A model generated the notes under the pieces. That model was not told the origin of the DNA. It ran no database searches and worked only from the letters and a program-made list of their open reading frames with translations. 25,151 nt of DNA from Candidatus Sumerlaeota bacterium (lineage in GTDB: Bacteria > Sumerlaeota > Sumerlaeia > SLMS01): NCBI GenBank assembly GCA_007133495.1, contig SLMS01000119.1, positions 1 to 25,151 on the forward strand, read 5' to 3'. Below are positions 1 to 9,599 of this stretch, piece by piece. How positions within the stretch are numbered: position 1 is the stretch's first letter; each line of letters starts with the position of its first letter. The position numbers and the translations under genes were made by a program.

Positions 1-1295
1 GAAGCGGGGAACTCTTCGAACGCGCAAAATCCTGCATGCCTGGCGGGGTCAACTCCCCCGTGCGGGCGTTCCTCGCCGTCGGCGGTACGCCGCGGTTCAT
101 CCGCCGCGCCGAGGGTGCCTATATCGAGGACGAGGACGGCAACCGGTATATAGACTGTTACAATTCCTGGGGGCCGATGATTCTGGGGCACGGCCACCCG
201 CGCGTGGTGGAGGCGGTACAGCGCCAGGCAGCGGACGGAATGAGCTTCGGCGCCCCGGCCGAGCTGGAAGTCGAAATGGCGGAGCTGGTGGCCGAACTCG
301 TGCCCTCCATCGATGTCGTCCGCATGGTCAATTCCGGCACCGAAGCCTGCATGAGCGCCATCCGGGTGGCCCGCGCGGCGACCGAACGCGAACTCGTCGT
401 GAAATTCGAGGGCTGCTATCACGGGCATGGGGATTTCTTCCTCAGCAAGGCGGGCTCCGGAGCCGCCACGCTCGGCCAGCCCACCAGTCCCGGCGTGCCT
501 GCAGCCTCCGCGCAGGCGACGCTGAACGCCGTCTATAACGACAGCCAAAGTGTTGAGCACCTTTTCGAGGCCCATCCCGGCCGTATAGCAGCGGTCATCG
601 TGGAGCCAGCCGCGGGCAACATGGGCTGCGTCCCGCCGGAGCCAGGTCTCCTCGAAAGCCTGCGCACTCTGTGCAACAAGCACGGCGCGCTCCTCATTTT
701 CGACGAGGTGATGACGGGCTTCCGCCTTGGGCTCGGCGGCGCGCAGGAGATGTTTGGCGTGCAGCCGGATCTGACAACCCTGGGCAAAATTATCGGCGGC
801 GGGCTTCCCGTCGGGGCCTACGGCGGCCGGCGGGACCTGATGGAAATGGTCTCCCCTGCCGGACCTGTCTATCAGGCAGGCACGCTTTCCGGCAATCCCC
901 TCGCCATGGCGGCGGGGCTGGCCACGCTGCGCGAGCTGAAGGACCAGCCGGATATATACACCGTGCTGGACAACCGCACGAAGGAACTCCGCAGTGCGGT
1001 GGACCAGCACATCGCCGCGAAGGGTTATCCGCTCACCACGGCCCAACTGGGCAGCATGTTCACCGTGTTCTTTACGCCTGAAACCGTGAAGAGCTGGACA
1101 CAGGCCTCGCGTTGCGACACCAAGGCGTTCGGCAGGTTCTTCCGGGCGATGCTGGAGAACGGCTGTCACCTGCCGCCTGCTCAATTCGAGACATGGTTCG
1201 TCGGTGCGGCCCACAGCGAAAGCATCTTCGCCCGGCTTGCCGAAGCCTGTGCCGCGTCGCTCGACAAGGCAATGGAGCAGGGCAGTTCAAAATAG
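1..1295 (+). CDS. hemL: Glutamate-1-semialdehyde 2,1-aminomutase (HemL), 5'-truncated by the window edge. Translation continues upstream of the first ATG at 36: the in-frame upstream residues are [11 protein letters not shown].
   Basis: The 419-aa ORF 36..1295 carries the hallmark [11 protein letters not shown] motif. The ELFERAK N-terminal motif is encoded in-frame upstream of the first ATG. PLP-aminotransferase class III features are present ([18 protein letters not shown]). Stop is TAG at 1293-1295. Confidence 0.95.
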   Translation, partial: SGELFERAKSCMPGGVNSPVRAFLAVGGTPRFIRRAEGAYIEDEDGNRYIDCYNSWGPMILGHGHPRVVEAVQRQAADGMSFGAPAELEVEMAELVAELVPSIDVVRMVNSGTEACMSAIRVARAATERELVVKFEGCYHGHGDFFLSKAGSGAATLGQPTSPGVPAASAQATLNAVYNDSQSVEHLFEAHPGRIAAVIVEPAAGNMGCVPPEPGLLESLRTLCNKHGALLIFDEVMTGFRLGLGGAQEMFGVQPDLTTLGKIIGGGLPVGAYGGRRDLMEMVSPAGPVYQAGTLSGNPLAMAAGLATLRELKDQPDIYTVLDNRTKELRSAVDQHIAAKGYPLTTAQLGSMFTVFFTPETVKSWTQASRCDTKAFGRFFRAMLENGCHLPPAQFETWFVGAAHSESIFARLAEACAASLDKAMEQGSSK

Positions 1296-1501
1296 CCGAA
1301 AGGCGCCTTCCTGCGGCCCGCAGTTCGTAAGAGCGGAAAACAAGATGAACCACGGAGATGCGGAGGTTGTCTGTGGGCAAACAGACGCGCTACTCAACCA
1401 ACGTCTTGGAATTGCCTGCTGCGGATGAGTTTTCAGGAGCTACGAGGTGCCGGCTCCGTGTCTCCGTGCCTGCGTGGTGATCATCCTTCTTGGTACGTTC
1501 T

Positions 1502-3049
1502 CTAATTTTCTTCCAACTCGTAGTTTAGTACCTCTCCGCCGGGCCTGCCAGCATCGAGCGGGTGCGATTCGCGGAAATGGCGCAGGTAATACCCCACGCC
1601 GGTGAGCATGGCCAGTCCCACACCCAGCAGCACCGCGCCGCGCACACTGTCCGCCATCGGAAGGAACCGCATCGAAATCCCAACGCAGGCAAAAAAGGCC
1701 ACCAACAGCCACGAGGTGCCTGAAAACATCCTGTATAGCGGACTCGGCTGGGGAATGCCGCGCAGGCGTTTCAGGTTCTTCACCGCCAGCCGGCCGAGAA
1801 TGCGCGACCCCTTGTACCAGCCTATCCACAGCGCCACAACACCCGCGAGCGCCAATGCAATGGCATCTTCTATTAATAGAAACGCTTCCACACCACGCAC
1901 CGTCAGCCACACGCCAAGCACCGCCCAGAACGTGCAGGCAAGACCAGCGAGCACGGGCCCATCGGCCTTCAACGGACCCGGTGTGCCGCGTTCAGCGGGC
2001 ATCTCCGGGCGTTCGTAAACCGGATTCCCGCGCCCGATCTTCTCCCATTCCTCCGGCGGCCCGTCCAGCCGCTCCGCCGCCATTTCCGCCATCACCCGAA
2101 GAAAATCATGGTCTTCATTCGGGCATTCCAGGTAAAGCATCTCCTCCCATTCCACCACGGCGAGCTGGTCCCGGCCCTCCACCATCGACTCGCCGTTGTC
2201 ACCGACGAAACCGAAGGGAAAATAGACAACCTTCTTGAGGCCGCGCTTTTGTGCCTGCTCGGCCGACACCTCCACCGACGGGCAGGTCCACATTCCTCCG
2301 AGTTCATGATTCAACCACCCGATGCGCACCCATCCGAACCGGTCCTTGAGCCGCTTGCGGATCAGACGGAACAGGTTGCCCGTTTCCTGCGCGCCGGAAT
2401 TCATCCCCGGCGGCAGGGTCACCACCGTGCCGTGCGCACCGAGTATAAGGGCCGATTCGCGGCATTTTTCCGGCTCCCATCCGTGGCTGTCGCACCAGCG
2501 CACAATGAAGTCCGCCATTGCGTCCGCGAATCGTTCGTCGAAGCCGAAACCCGTCACATATTTCGGGCCGGGCAGCGGGTGTTCTCCCTTTTTGCGATTG
2601 TGGAATGTCTCGAAATCCGTCCGGCTGATGCCGGTCGTGAAATCGCTTTCCGCCACGTACAGGGGAAGGACGAGAATATCGTCCGGCGGGTCCTTTTCGA
2701 TGGTTTCGAGTATTTCCGGCAGATAAGGGGGCCGGAATTCGCGGAGAACGCGCACATCAAATTCGACGCCCGGGTGCATCCCCTCCAGGAATTTCTTTAC
2801 GATTTCGCCCTGACGTTCGCTGATTTTCTCAAGCGGCGAGTTCCAGTTCTTCTCTCGGAACGTGCGCATCCGGAAAACTGCGCGACGCGCGGCGAGCAAA
2901 GGCGTGACGAATTTGGGGATCGGCGCCACCCGCCGGGTGAGGCGGTTCAGGATGGAGTGCGAATAATGGAATTGGGGCCAAAACTCGTTCTCTTCCGGTT
3001 CGCCATAAGTGAGGCAGAAAACCTGCACGCGCCGTTTGCCTGCTGTCAT
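1502..3049 (-). CDS. hemH: Divergent ferrochelatase-like class-II chelatase (about 330 aa) fused to a roughly 170-aa C-terminal integral-membrane extension with about four predicted TM helices.
   Basis: The ORF 1502..3412 is trimmed to the internal ATG at 3047-3049, which overlaps the hemY stop (ATGA). Ferrochelatase-like motifs: VLPLYVAESDFTTGIS (compare LPLYPQYS.STTGS), GAHGTV (compare SAHSLP), FPFGFVGDNGESMVE (compare PIGFVSDH.ETL.E). The C-terminal 185 residues are hydrophobic stretches, e.g. LAGLACTFWAVLGVWLTV..ALALAGVVALWIGWY..WLLVAFFACVGI..AVLLGVGLAMLTGVGYY. It is last in the hemE-N-Y-H order. Confidence 0.72.
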   Translation of the reverse strand: MTAGKRRVQVFCLTYGEPEENEFWPQFHYSHSILNRLTRRVAPIPKFVTPLLAARRAVFRMRTFREKNWNSPLEKISERQGEIVKKFLEGMHPGVEFDVRVLREFRPPYLPEILETIEKDPPDDILVLPLYVAESDFTTGISRTDFETFHNRKKGEHPLPGPKYVTGFGFDERFADAMADFIVRWCDSHGWEPEKCRESALILGAHGTVVTLPPGMNSGAQETGNLFRLIRKRLKDRFGWVRIGWLNHELGGMWTCPSVEVSAEQAQKRGLKKVVYFPFGFVGDNGESMVEGRDQLAVVEWEEMLYLECPNEDHDFLRVMAEMAAERLDGPPEEWEKIGRGNPVYERPEMPAERGTPGPLKADGPVLAGLACTFWAVLGVWLTVRGVEAFLLIEDAIALALAGVVALWIGWYKGSRILGRLAVKNLKRLRGIPQPSPLYRMFSGTSWLLVAFFACVGISMRFLPMADSVRGAVLLGVGLAMLTGVGYYLRHFRESHPLDAGRPGGEVLNYELEEN

Positions 3050-4422
3050 GAATCGGCTCCTGCGATAAGGGCAGCCTTCTCCCAGCCGCCGCGGATGCGG
3101 TCCGGTATCGAAACACCGCCCGTCCAGTTCGTACTCACGTGCACTCCTTCGGGAAGTGCCGCGTTGAAATCCTTTATGAGCTTTGCATGTCCGGGCCGGA
3201 AAAGCGGCAACGCCCGTTTCCATCTTTGTATATTCAGGAGGACCGGTCCCTTGCTGCGGTAGTCGAGCACACTGCGCAGGTCCGCCGCGGTCTGCTCCCG
3301 CAGTCTTTCCTCCGGCCAATCCGCCGTTTCCGGGTCTATATCGCCACCGAAAAAGCAGGTGAAAAGGCGATGGCCTTCCGGAGCACGGCCGGGAAAAATG
3401 GAGGAACTCCAAATGGAGCCAAGCATCCGCACGCCCTCGTCCCTCCGCGCCAGAAAGCCGAAACCCTCGCGCCCGGCTTTCAGTTCCTCTTCGCGTACAC
3501 CCACGTGAACCACCACCAGCGGGGCGTACTCTATTTTTCCGATCATTCCGGCGGCTTCCGGCGTGGTGGACATCAGTATATTTTCAGCAGCCTCCACAGG
3601 CGTGGAGAGCAGCACTGCCGGCGCCTCCGCGCTTCCGCCTTCCCACGCAACGCGCCATGCGCCGGCTTCGTTCCTCGTCAGTGAAACACCGCGCGCGCCG
3701 AGCACCATGGGCACCCCGCAGTTACGGAGGGTTTCCGTTACGGCGCGCGGAAGCTCCGCCAGGCCCTCCGGGAAACTCGTGAGCGCTTTCGGCCCGGATT
3801 CTTTTTTTGTCTCCGGTGCCGCCCTCTTCATTGCCTTCAGCGCGCCGGGAAGGCGCCTGCTTTTGCGGATGCCCTCGCCCAGCCTGGGGAACACGGCATC
3901 GAGGCTGATGCGGTCCGCGTCCGCTGCGTATATACCCGCCAGCGCCGGCTTGAGGAGCGTTTCGACCACCTCATCGCCGAAAAGGTTGCGGAAAAAACGG
4001 CCGATGGAAATCTCGTCCTCCGGCGGATCGTAACGCCCCACCAGGCCGCTGACTATATTGAGCTTTGCCGTAAAGGGAAGAATTGACGAGAACAGAAAAG
4101 GGAAAAGCCCCGTGGGGACGCGGTGCAGCCGGCCCGAATGCCATATATACCGGTCAGTTTTGCGGATGGACTTGCGGAGAGCCCTTCCCGCCATCCCGAT
4201 ATCCGCCAGAAATTCCTCCTCCTCGCTGCCGAAGGAGGAGTAGCTGTTCGGGCCTTCCTCCAGCAGCCAGCCGCCCTCCCGGACGCTCCGTATGACGCCG
4301 CCGGTGGACTCTGAATCGCAGACGAGCAGCGGGCGCTTCCCTTCCTTGTTCAAACGCCATGCCGCCGCAAGGGCGGTAATCCCTCCGCCAACGATCACCG
4401 CGTCGAAGGATTCCCCTGTCAT
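3046..4422 (-). CDS. hemY: Protoporphyrinogen oxidase, HemY/PgoX type, FAD-dependent.
   Basis: The N-terminal Rossmann dinucleotide motif is DAVIVGGGITALAAAWRL, with EGGWLLEEGPNSY further on. Length of 458 aa is typical of HemY. The gene sits between hemN and hemH with 6-bp and -4-bp junctions. Confidence 0.9.
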   Translation of the reverse strand: MTGESFDAVIVGGGITALAAAWRLNKEGKRPLLVCDSESTGGVIRSVREGGWLLEEGPNSYSSFGSEEEEFLADIGMAGRALRKSIRKTDRYIWHSGRLHRVPTGLFPFLFSSILPFTAKLNIVSGLVGRYDPPEDEISIGRFFRNLFGDEVVETLLKPALAGIYAADADRISLDAVFPRLGEGIRKSRRLPGALKAMKRAAPETKKESGPKALTSFPEGLAELPRAVTETLRNCGVPMVLGARGVSLTRNEAGAWRVAWEGGSAEAPAVLLSTPVEAAENILMSTTPEAAGMIGKIEYAPLVVVHVGVREEELKAGREGFGFLARRDEGVRMLGSIWSSSIFPGRAPEGHRLFTCFFGGDIDPETADWPEERLREQTAADLRSVLDYRSKGPVLLNIQRWKRALPLFRPGHAKLIKDFNAALPEGVHVSTNWTGGVSIPDRIRGGWEKAALIAGADS

Positions 4423-4428
4423 GTGTGT

Positions 4429-5814
4429 CTATACCGCCCGTGAGAAGGTGACTTTGTTCTGCATTTCCTGCATGTACGCGTCGAACACCACCGCGATGTT
4501 GCGGAGGAACATCTGGCCCTTGAGCGTCACCTCCAGCGCGCCGCCCCCGATGCGCACGAGCCCGTCCGCGGCCAGCTCCTCCAGTTGCGGGCGCACGCCG
4601 CGTGCAATTTCCGCCACGCGCTCGTCCTTCAGGTCGAGCCGCGCCTGGCACATCAGGCTTTCGATACAATTGCGCCGGAGAATGTCCTCCTCGGAAAGGA
4701 CCATGCCGCGCTCGACGGGGAGGAGGCCTTCTGCGAGCGCCGCACGATAGACGTTGAGCTTTTTCGTGTTCTGCCCGAACGCACTCTGGAAGTCGCCGAT
4801 GGACGAAACGCCGAACGCCAGCACGTCCGTCCCCCGCAACGTCGTATAGCCCATGAAGTTCCGCCGCATGGTGCCGCGCTCGAACGCGCGGGTGAGCGAA
4901 TCGTCCTCCCGCGCGTAGTGGTCCATCCCGAGAAAGCGCCACCCGTTGGCGGTGAGCCGGTCATGCGCTTCCATGAACATTTCGATACGGGCTGCCGGGG
5001 AGGGCATTTCCTTTTCCTCCAGCCGGCGGTGGTTCGGCAGCCTGCCCGGCAGGTACGCGAAATTATAGAGCGCAATCCGGTCTGGCTTTGCCTCCAAAAC
5101 GCAGCCTATCGTGTCATGCCAGGAGGCGGGCGATTGCCGCGGCAGGCCGTATATCAGGTCTATATTGACGCTCTCGAACCCGGCTTCGCGGGCCGCCTGT
5201 ATATTCGAGAAGGACGCCTCGCGGCTCTGCTCGCGCCCGATGGCCGCCTGCGTGTCGTCGTTGAAATCCTGCACTCCGTAACTGATGCGGTTGAATCCGT
5301 CCTGCTGGCGCAGCCGGAAGACCTCCTCGCGCGTGGCGATGCGGGGGTCCACCTCGATGCTCTGCTCGGCGCCGGGAGAAAACTGGAAATGCCCCTTCAG
5401 TATATCTAGGAGGCGTTTCATTTCCTCGCTGTTCAGGTAGTTCGGCGTCCCGCCACCGAGGTGAAGCTGCATCACCTCTTCAGATCCGCGGTGGAGACCG
5501 CGGACGAGCCCCACCTCGCGCTCCACGTCGTCCAGGTACTGGTCCGCCATCCCCTGACGCCGCGTGGCGATCACGTTGCACGCGCAAAACAGGCAGCGCT
5601 TCCGGCAGAAGGGAATATGAACGTATAGCGAGAGCGGGCCGCTTTGCGGTGACGTCTCCTCCAGGTGGCGCGCCCATTCGGGCCCGCGGACGTCCTCCGT
5701 CCAGACGGGCGCGGTGGGGTAGCTTGTATAGCGCGGAATGCGCCGGTCGTAGGTACGGATCGTGTCCGCCGTGATGCCGAGCCGGCCGAGAGAGTGGGGG
5801 GAGTTTTCCTTCAT
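4429..5814 (-). CDS. hemN: Oxygen-independent coproporphyrinogen-III oxidase (radical SAM HemN).
   Basis: 461 aa. N-terminal YDRRIPRYTSYPTA motif. Radical-SAM cluster motif CRKRCLFCAC (CxxxCxxC). The length and the N-terminal extension argue for a true HemN rather than the shorter HemW. Confidence 0.93.
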   Translation of the reverse strand: MKENSPHSLGRLGITADTIRTYDRRIPRYTSYPTAPVWTEDVRGPEWARHLEETSPQSGPLSLYVHIPFCRKRCLFCACNVIATRRQGMADQYLDDVEREVGLVRGLHRGSEEVMQLHLGGGTPNYLNSEEMKRLLDILKGHFQFSPGAEQSIEVDPRIATREEVFRLRQQDGFNRISYGVQDFNDDTQAAIGREQSREASFSNIQAAREAGFESVNIDLIYGLPRQSPASWHDTIGCVLEAKPDRIALYNFAYLPGRLPNHRRLEEKEMPSPAARIEMFMEAHDRLTANGWRFLGMDHYAREDDSLTRAFERGTMRRNFMGYTTLRGTDVLAFGVSSIGDFQSAFGQNTKKLNVYRAALAEGLLPVERGMVLSEEDILRRNCIESLMCQARLDLKDERVAEIARGVRPQLEELAADGLVRIGGGALEVTLKGQMFLRNIAVVFDAYMQEMQNKVTFSRAV

Positions 5815-5824
5815 GGCCCTGCTT

Positions 5825-6865
5825 TCAACCTCCGGCGAGCCGTTTCACGCAATCGACCAGGCGCCGTGCCGCCTCCACCTTCGCCTGCGGAGTAATCCCG
5901 TGGCCCAGGTTTGCGATCCATCCGCGGCGCCAATCGAACCCGTCCAACATGCGTTCGAAGGCGGGCTCGACCGCCTCCGGACTGAGCATGACCATCGGAT
6001 CGAGATTGCCCTGAAGGGTGCGGGCCGTGCGCCGGCGCGCTTCGGCCAGGGGCAACTGCCAGTCGACGCTGAGCACGTCCGCCCCGGTGCTGTCCATCGC
6101 CTCCAGGCATGCCGCCGCGCCCCGGGAATACACGGCCACCGGCGTGTCCGGGCACGCTTCGCGGAAGCGTGCAATCACCTGCCGTGTATAGACGGTTGCG
6201 AACTGTTCGTACTCCCAGGCCGGCAGAATATGGCCGAGCGATTCGAAAATCTGGACGCCTGCGGCGCCTCCCGCCTCCACCTGCGCCACGAGGTAGGAGA
6301 CAACGGTGTCCGTCAGCCGGCGGAGCATTTCGTGGACCAACTCCGGCCGCTCCAGCATCAATCCCCGGATTTCGTGCGCATGGCGGGACATTTTTCCCTC
6401 CACCGCGTAGCCCAACAGCGTAAACGGCGAGCCGGCGAAGCCCAGCACGGGGAACTCGTCCCCCGTCCGCTCGCGCAGCAGGCGCAGCGAGGCCGCCACG
6501 GGCGGATCGTGGAACTTCTTTGCCCGGAAACGTCCCAGCGCCGCCTCATCGCGCGGCGGGTCCACGATCTCCGGCCCGCCGCCGGGAAACTCGACCGTCA
6601 GGCCCATCTCCTCCAGCGGGATCAAAATGTCGTTGAAGATGATCAGAATATCGACGTCGAGCAGGTCGCGCGGCAGCAGCGACGCCGCCACGGACACCTC
6701 GGGGTTCAGGCAAAGGTCGCGGAAGGAGTAGCGTTCCCGCAGGGCCATGTACTCGGGCATGTAACGCCCGGCCTGACGCATGATCCAGACGGGGGGGCGG
6801 TCGGTCTCCTCGCCCCGGACTGTGAGGGCGAACCGCTCGCGCCTGCTGAGAGCCGAAGCCGGCAT
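5825..6865 (-). CDS. hemE: Uroporphyrinogen decarboxylase.
   Basis: Hallmark PVWIMRQAGRYMPEY motif near the N-terminus. The ORF 5825..7024 is trimmed to the internal ATG at 6863-6865, giving about 346 aa, which is typical. A 10-bp gap separates it from the hemN start. Confidence 0.93.
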   Translation of the reverse strand: MPASALSRRERFALTVRGEETDRPPVWIMRQAGRYMPEYMALRERYSFRDLCLNPEVSVAASLLPRDLLDVDILIIFNDILIPLEEMGLTVEFPGGGPEIVDPPRDEAALGRFRAKKFHDPPVAASLRLLRERTGDEFPVLGFAGSPFTLLGYAVEGKMSRHAHEIRGLMLERPELVHEMLRRLTDTVVSYLVAQVEAGGAAGVQIFESLGHILPAWEYEQFATVYTRQVIARFREACPDTPVAVYSRGAAACLEAMDSTGADVLSVDWQLPLAEARRRTARTLQGNLDPMVMLSPEAVEPAFERMLDGFDWRRGWIANLGHGITPQAKVEAARRLVDCVKRLAGG

Positions 6866-7212
6866 GGTGGTCCTTTCGGGTGGGGGTGGGCAGGGCAAAA
6901 GCGCTGCCGCAAACGCATATGCAAAGAGTAGGCCCCGGCCCCGGCCCCGTGTCCACCCGATTCCCCGGCGCCGGCAGTTGGTGGAAAGTGGCCTGCGTGG
7001 ACGGGACTGCGGGCGCGGCGGCACAGCGAAAGGACCAACGGGACCACGGGCGCACCGTCCGTGCAGTCCGTGATCGTCCGTGTCCGTCCCGCAGGGCCAT
7101 CTTCACTTGCGTGGCGGGGCGGCCGCGCCTGAACTCCACGCGAGGGTCCAACCTCCGCCGCCGGACAGTCCCGAATATGGTCCGGCGGGGGGACTGAAGG
7201 CACCGGCCATCC

Positions 7213-8010
7213 ATGAAACACGGCTCAATCATCGTCGCCGCCCTGCTGGCCTTTCTCGTTCTTCCCGGGGAAGGCCGGGCGTGCGGATTATGTATCGAGA
7301 GTTGGGCCCGGTACACGATACCGACCTACCATTGGCTGCTGCTGGTCCTGTTCCTCTGGGGGATGGCCCACACGATGTTCGGCGAGCGCTGGCACCCGCT
7401 CCCGGGCGAGAACCGGTGGATCATCGCGAAGAAGTTCGGCCTTTTCCTCGTGGTTGCCATTGTTCTGGTGATCGGTACCGGAGGTTCCACGGTGCTTGTC
7501 GCCCTGCTGCTGGGCGCGTTGTTCGCCGGGACGGGGTACAGGATGGTCTTCCGGGGCACGGCCCGGGAGGGGAGGATACTCGCGCTGGTGACCGCGTTGC
7601 TCCTCACCGGTATTGCCGGAGTTGGCATGGCACAGCGCCTGAGCCGCGATCAGCTCGACAACGCCCGCGCCAACATCATTGGCGGCACAACCGCCCTCCG
7701 TGGGATATCCTCCCGAATCGCCAAGGACCCCGGCTTTGACCTGGAACGGCTGCGCCCGATGATCGTGGAGGGAGAGCGAAACGACCGCGAATGGGCCTTC
7801 GACATTCTCAGGGCGCGAAAGAACCCCGACGACCTCGAGCGCTTTGCCAGCGAAATCGCCGCGCTCCCAGATGCCTACTTTGACGACAGCAATTGGCACG
7901 ATTCGGGAGCGTATCTTTTCCGCTTCTGGCTCGAAGCCATTGACGAGGACCTGGGCGCCTTGGCCGAGCGCTTCGGCAAGGACCCTCCGCCCCCGGAAGC
8001 GCAGAACTGA
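7213..8010 (+). CDS. Hypothetical membrane protein. It has a signal peptide with a CGLC motif, about four TM helices, and an acidic soluble C-terminal domain.
   Basis: ATG start at 7213. The N-terminus is hydrophobic (IIVAALLAFLVLPG). Further TM stretches include LLLVLFLWGMAH, LFLVVAIVLVIGTGG and LALVTALLLTGIAGVG. The composition is protein-like, in contrast to the Arg/Pro-rich overlapping ORFs on the other strand. No family was recognised. Confidence 0.6.
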   Translation: MKHGSIIVAALLAFLVLPGEGRACGLCIESWARYTIPTYHWLLLVLFLWGMAHTMFGERWHPLPGENRWIIAKKFGLFLVVAIVLVIGTGGSTVLVALLLGALFAGTGYRMVFRGTAREGRILALVTALLLTGIAGVGMAQRLSRDQLDNARANIIGGTTALRGISSRIAKDPGFDLERLRPMIVEGERNDREWAFDILRARKNPDDLERFASEIAALPDAYFDDSNWHDSGAYLFRFWLEAIDEDLGALAERFGKDPPPPEAQN

Positions 8011-8423
8011 CCCGGCGGGCGCAATGAAGGGACCAAAGGGACGGGGTCCACATCGTCCATACCGTCCATGACGGTCCCGGCAACCCGCCCCCCGAAAACA
8101 GCCCCCTTGCCCCGCCGGAGGGGATCGCCGGTGAACTGCCCGGTCAGTCCTCCCCGCTGAGCAATCGATGGAACAAAACCGCCCCACCTCCGCATCGGTG
8201 CGCCCTCCCGCGCCGCGGCCCATGGCGCAAAGCCGGGCCGCTGTGTGATCGTCGAGTGCTGGAACTGCCCGGAGGAGTGGTTGGACGTGCTCGCTCGACG
8301 GCATCCTGAACATGCACACGCGCATGATGCTCCTGCGGCTCGGGGAGGAGCGGCTTTCCGGCCGCATGGGGCAAGTGCAAGAGCCTGCGCAACGCGTGAA
8401 AAAGTGTTTGCACTCCGCGGGCG

Positions 8424-9554
8424 GTGAGCGGAGTGTTCCGGCTCCATTGCACGGATACTGCCCTGCGGCCGGGAGCGCTCCAAAACGTGGCCTACCGAAA
8501 GCCCACACTCCAGGACATCGCCAAGCAGCTCAAAATTTCCCCGGCCTCGGTCTCCCGCGCGCTGGCGGACAACCCGCGCATCTCCCAAGCGCTGCGCCAG
8601 CAGGTCCAGAAAACCGCGGCCGAGATGGGCTACGTCCCCAACTCCGCCGCGCGGGCCCTGCGCACCGGCACCGCGGACGTCGCGGCCCTCATGGTGCCCA
8701 ACCTCTCGGTCCTCCGTATAGACGGCAACCTGGAGGTTCTCCAGGCGATAGACGAGGAACTGGGCCTGCAGGGTATCCGCCTGATGGTGGCCTCCTACCA
8801 CCAGCCCTCGCTCGTCACCGGGACCATGCGCAAGGTGATGGCAGACCCGCGTCTGGCCGGCCTGCTGTTCCTCACCAACTACATCACAGAACAGCTCCTG
8901 GAGGTGATCGTCCGCTCCCCCATGCCGACGGTAATCGTAAACGCCTACCCCGAGCGGTCCTGGGAAAAATGGGAAGGCCTGGCCACGAGCGGAACGGAGA
9001 ACCTGATGGGCGCGGAGCTGGCCACGCGCCACCTGATCGGCAGCGGGCACGAGCGCATCGCAGCGCTTGTGTGCGAGCCGGGCCAGCGCGACGCGGACCT
9101 GCGCGAGGAGGGCTACACCTACGCCATGGAGCAGGCGGACCTGGAAATTCCCACCAACCTGATCGTGCGGTGCGATTTTTTCCGCGGGTTCGAAACCGGC
9201 CGGCGGGCGATACACCGCCTCATGGCCTCCTGCCCTCCGAAGGAACGCCCCACCGCCCTTTTCTGCAGTTCGGACGAGATCGCTGCCGGTGCCATGCGCG
9301 CCCTGCTCGACGCCGGCGTGCGCGTCCCCGAGGACGTCGAGATCGTCGGCTTCGGCAACCATCCCTTCTCCGTGGGGCTGAACCCCTCGCTTTCCACCGT
9401 CACGCACGATGGGTCCGCCGTGGGGCGTGGGGCCGCGCGGCTGTTCCTCGAAATCGCGCAGAACCCCGACCTGAAGGAGCGCCAGCTCCTCCAGCCCGCA
9501 GAATTGATCATCCGCGAATCCGCCACCACGGGCCCCAAGGCCGCCCGAGCCTGA
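8424..9554 (+). CDS. LacI-family transcriptional regulator. The true start may be the GTG at 8487, giving about 355 aa.
   Basis: N-terminal LacI HTH: TLQDIAKQLKISPASVSRAL. The rest is a periplasmic-binding-protein-like sugar-binding core. No adjacent sugar-catabolic or importer genes were found. Confidence 0.9.
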   Translation: MSGVFRLHCTDTALRPGALQNVAYRKPTLQDIAKQLKISPASVSRALADNPRISQALRQQVQKTAAEMGYVPNSAARALRTGTADVAALMVPNLSVLRIDGNLEVLQAIDEELGLQGIRLMVASYHQPSLVTGTMRKVMADPRLAGLLFLTNYITEQLLEVIVRSPMPTVIVNAYPERSWEKWEGLATSGTENLMGAELATRHLIGSGHERIAALVCEPGQRDADLREEGYTYAMEQADLEIPTNLIVRCDFFRGFETGRRAIHRLMASCPPKERPTALFCSSDEIAAGAMRALLDAGVRVPEDVEIVGFGNHPFSVGLNPSLSTVTHDGSAVGRGAARLFLEIAQNPDLKERQLLQPAELIIRESATTGPKAARA

Positions 9555-9599
9555 GCGCCGGGGCGCTCCCGCGTCTGTACAAATCGTTGTAGAAGGGAA

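Noticed and set aside
1502-3412. Full 636-aa extent of the hemH ORF, with 121 extra N-terminal codons.
   Set aside because: The upstream part overlaps the hemY coding region in another frame. It is Arg/Gly-rich and starts at a non-ATG codon. The internal ATG overlapping the hemY stop (ATGA) is the plausible start.
7288-9407. Minus-strand ORFs of 406 aa (7288-8508) and 510 aa (7875-9407), overlapping the hypothetical membrane protein and the LacI gene.
   Set aside because: The translations are Arg/Pro/Gly-rich and featureless. The plus-strand genes show genuine TM and HTH features.
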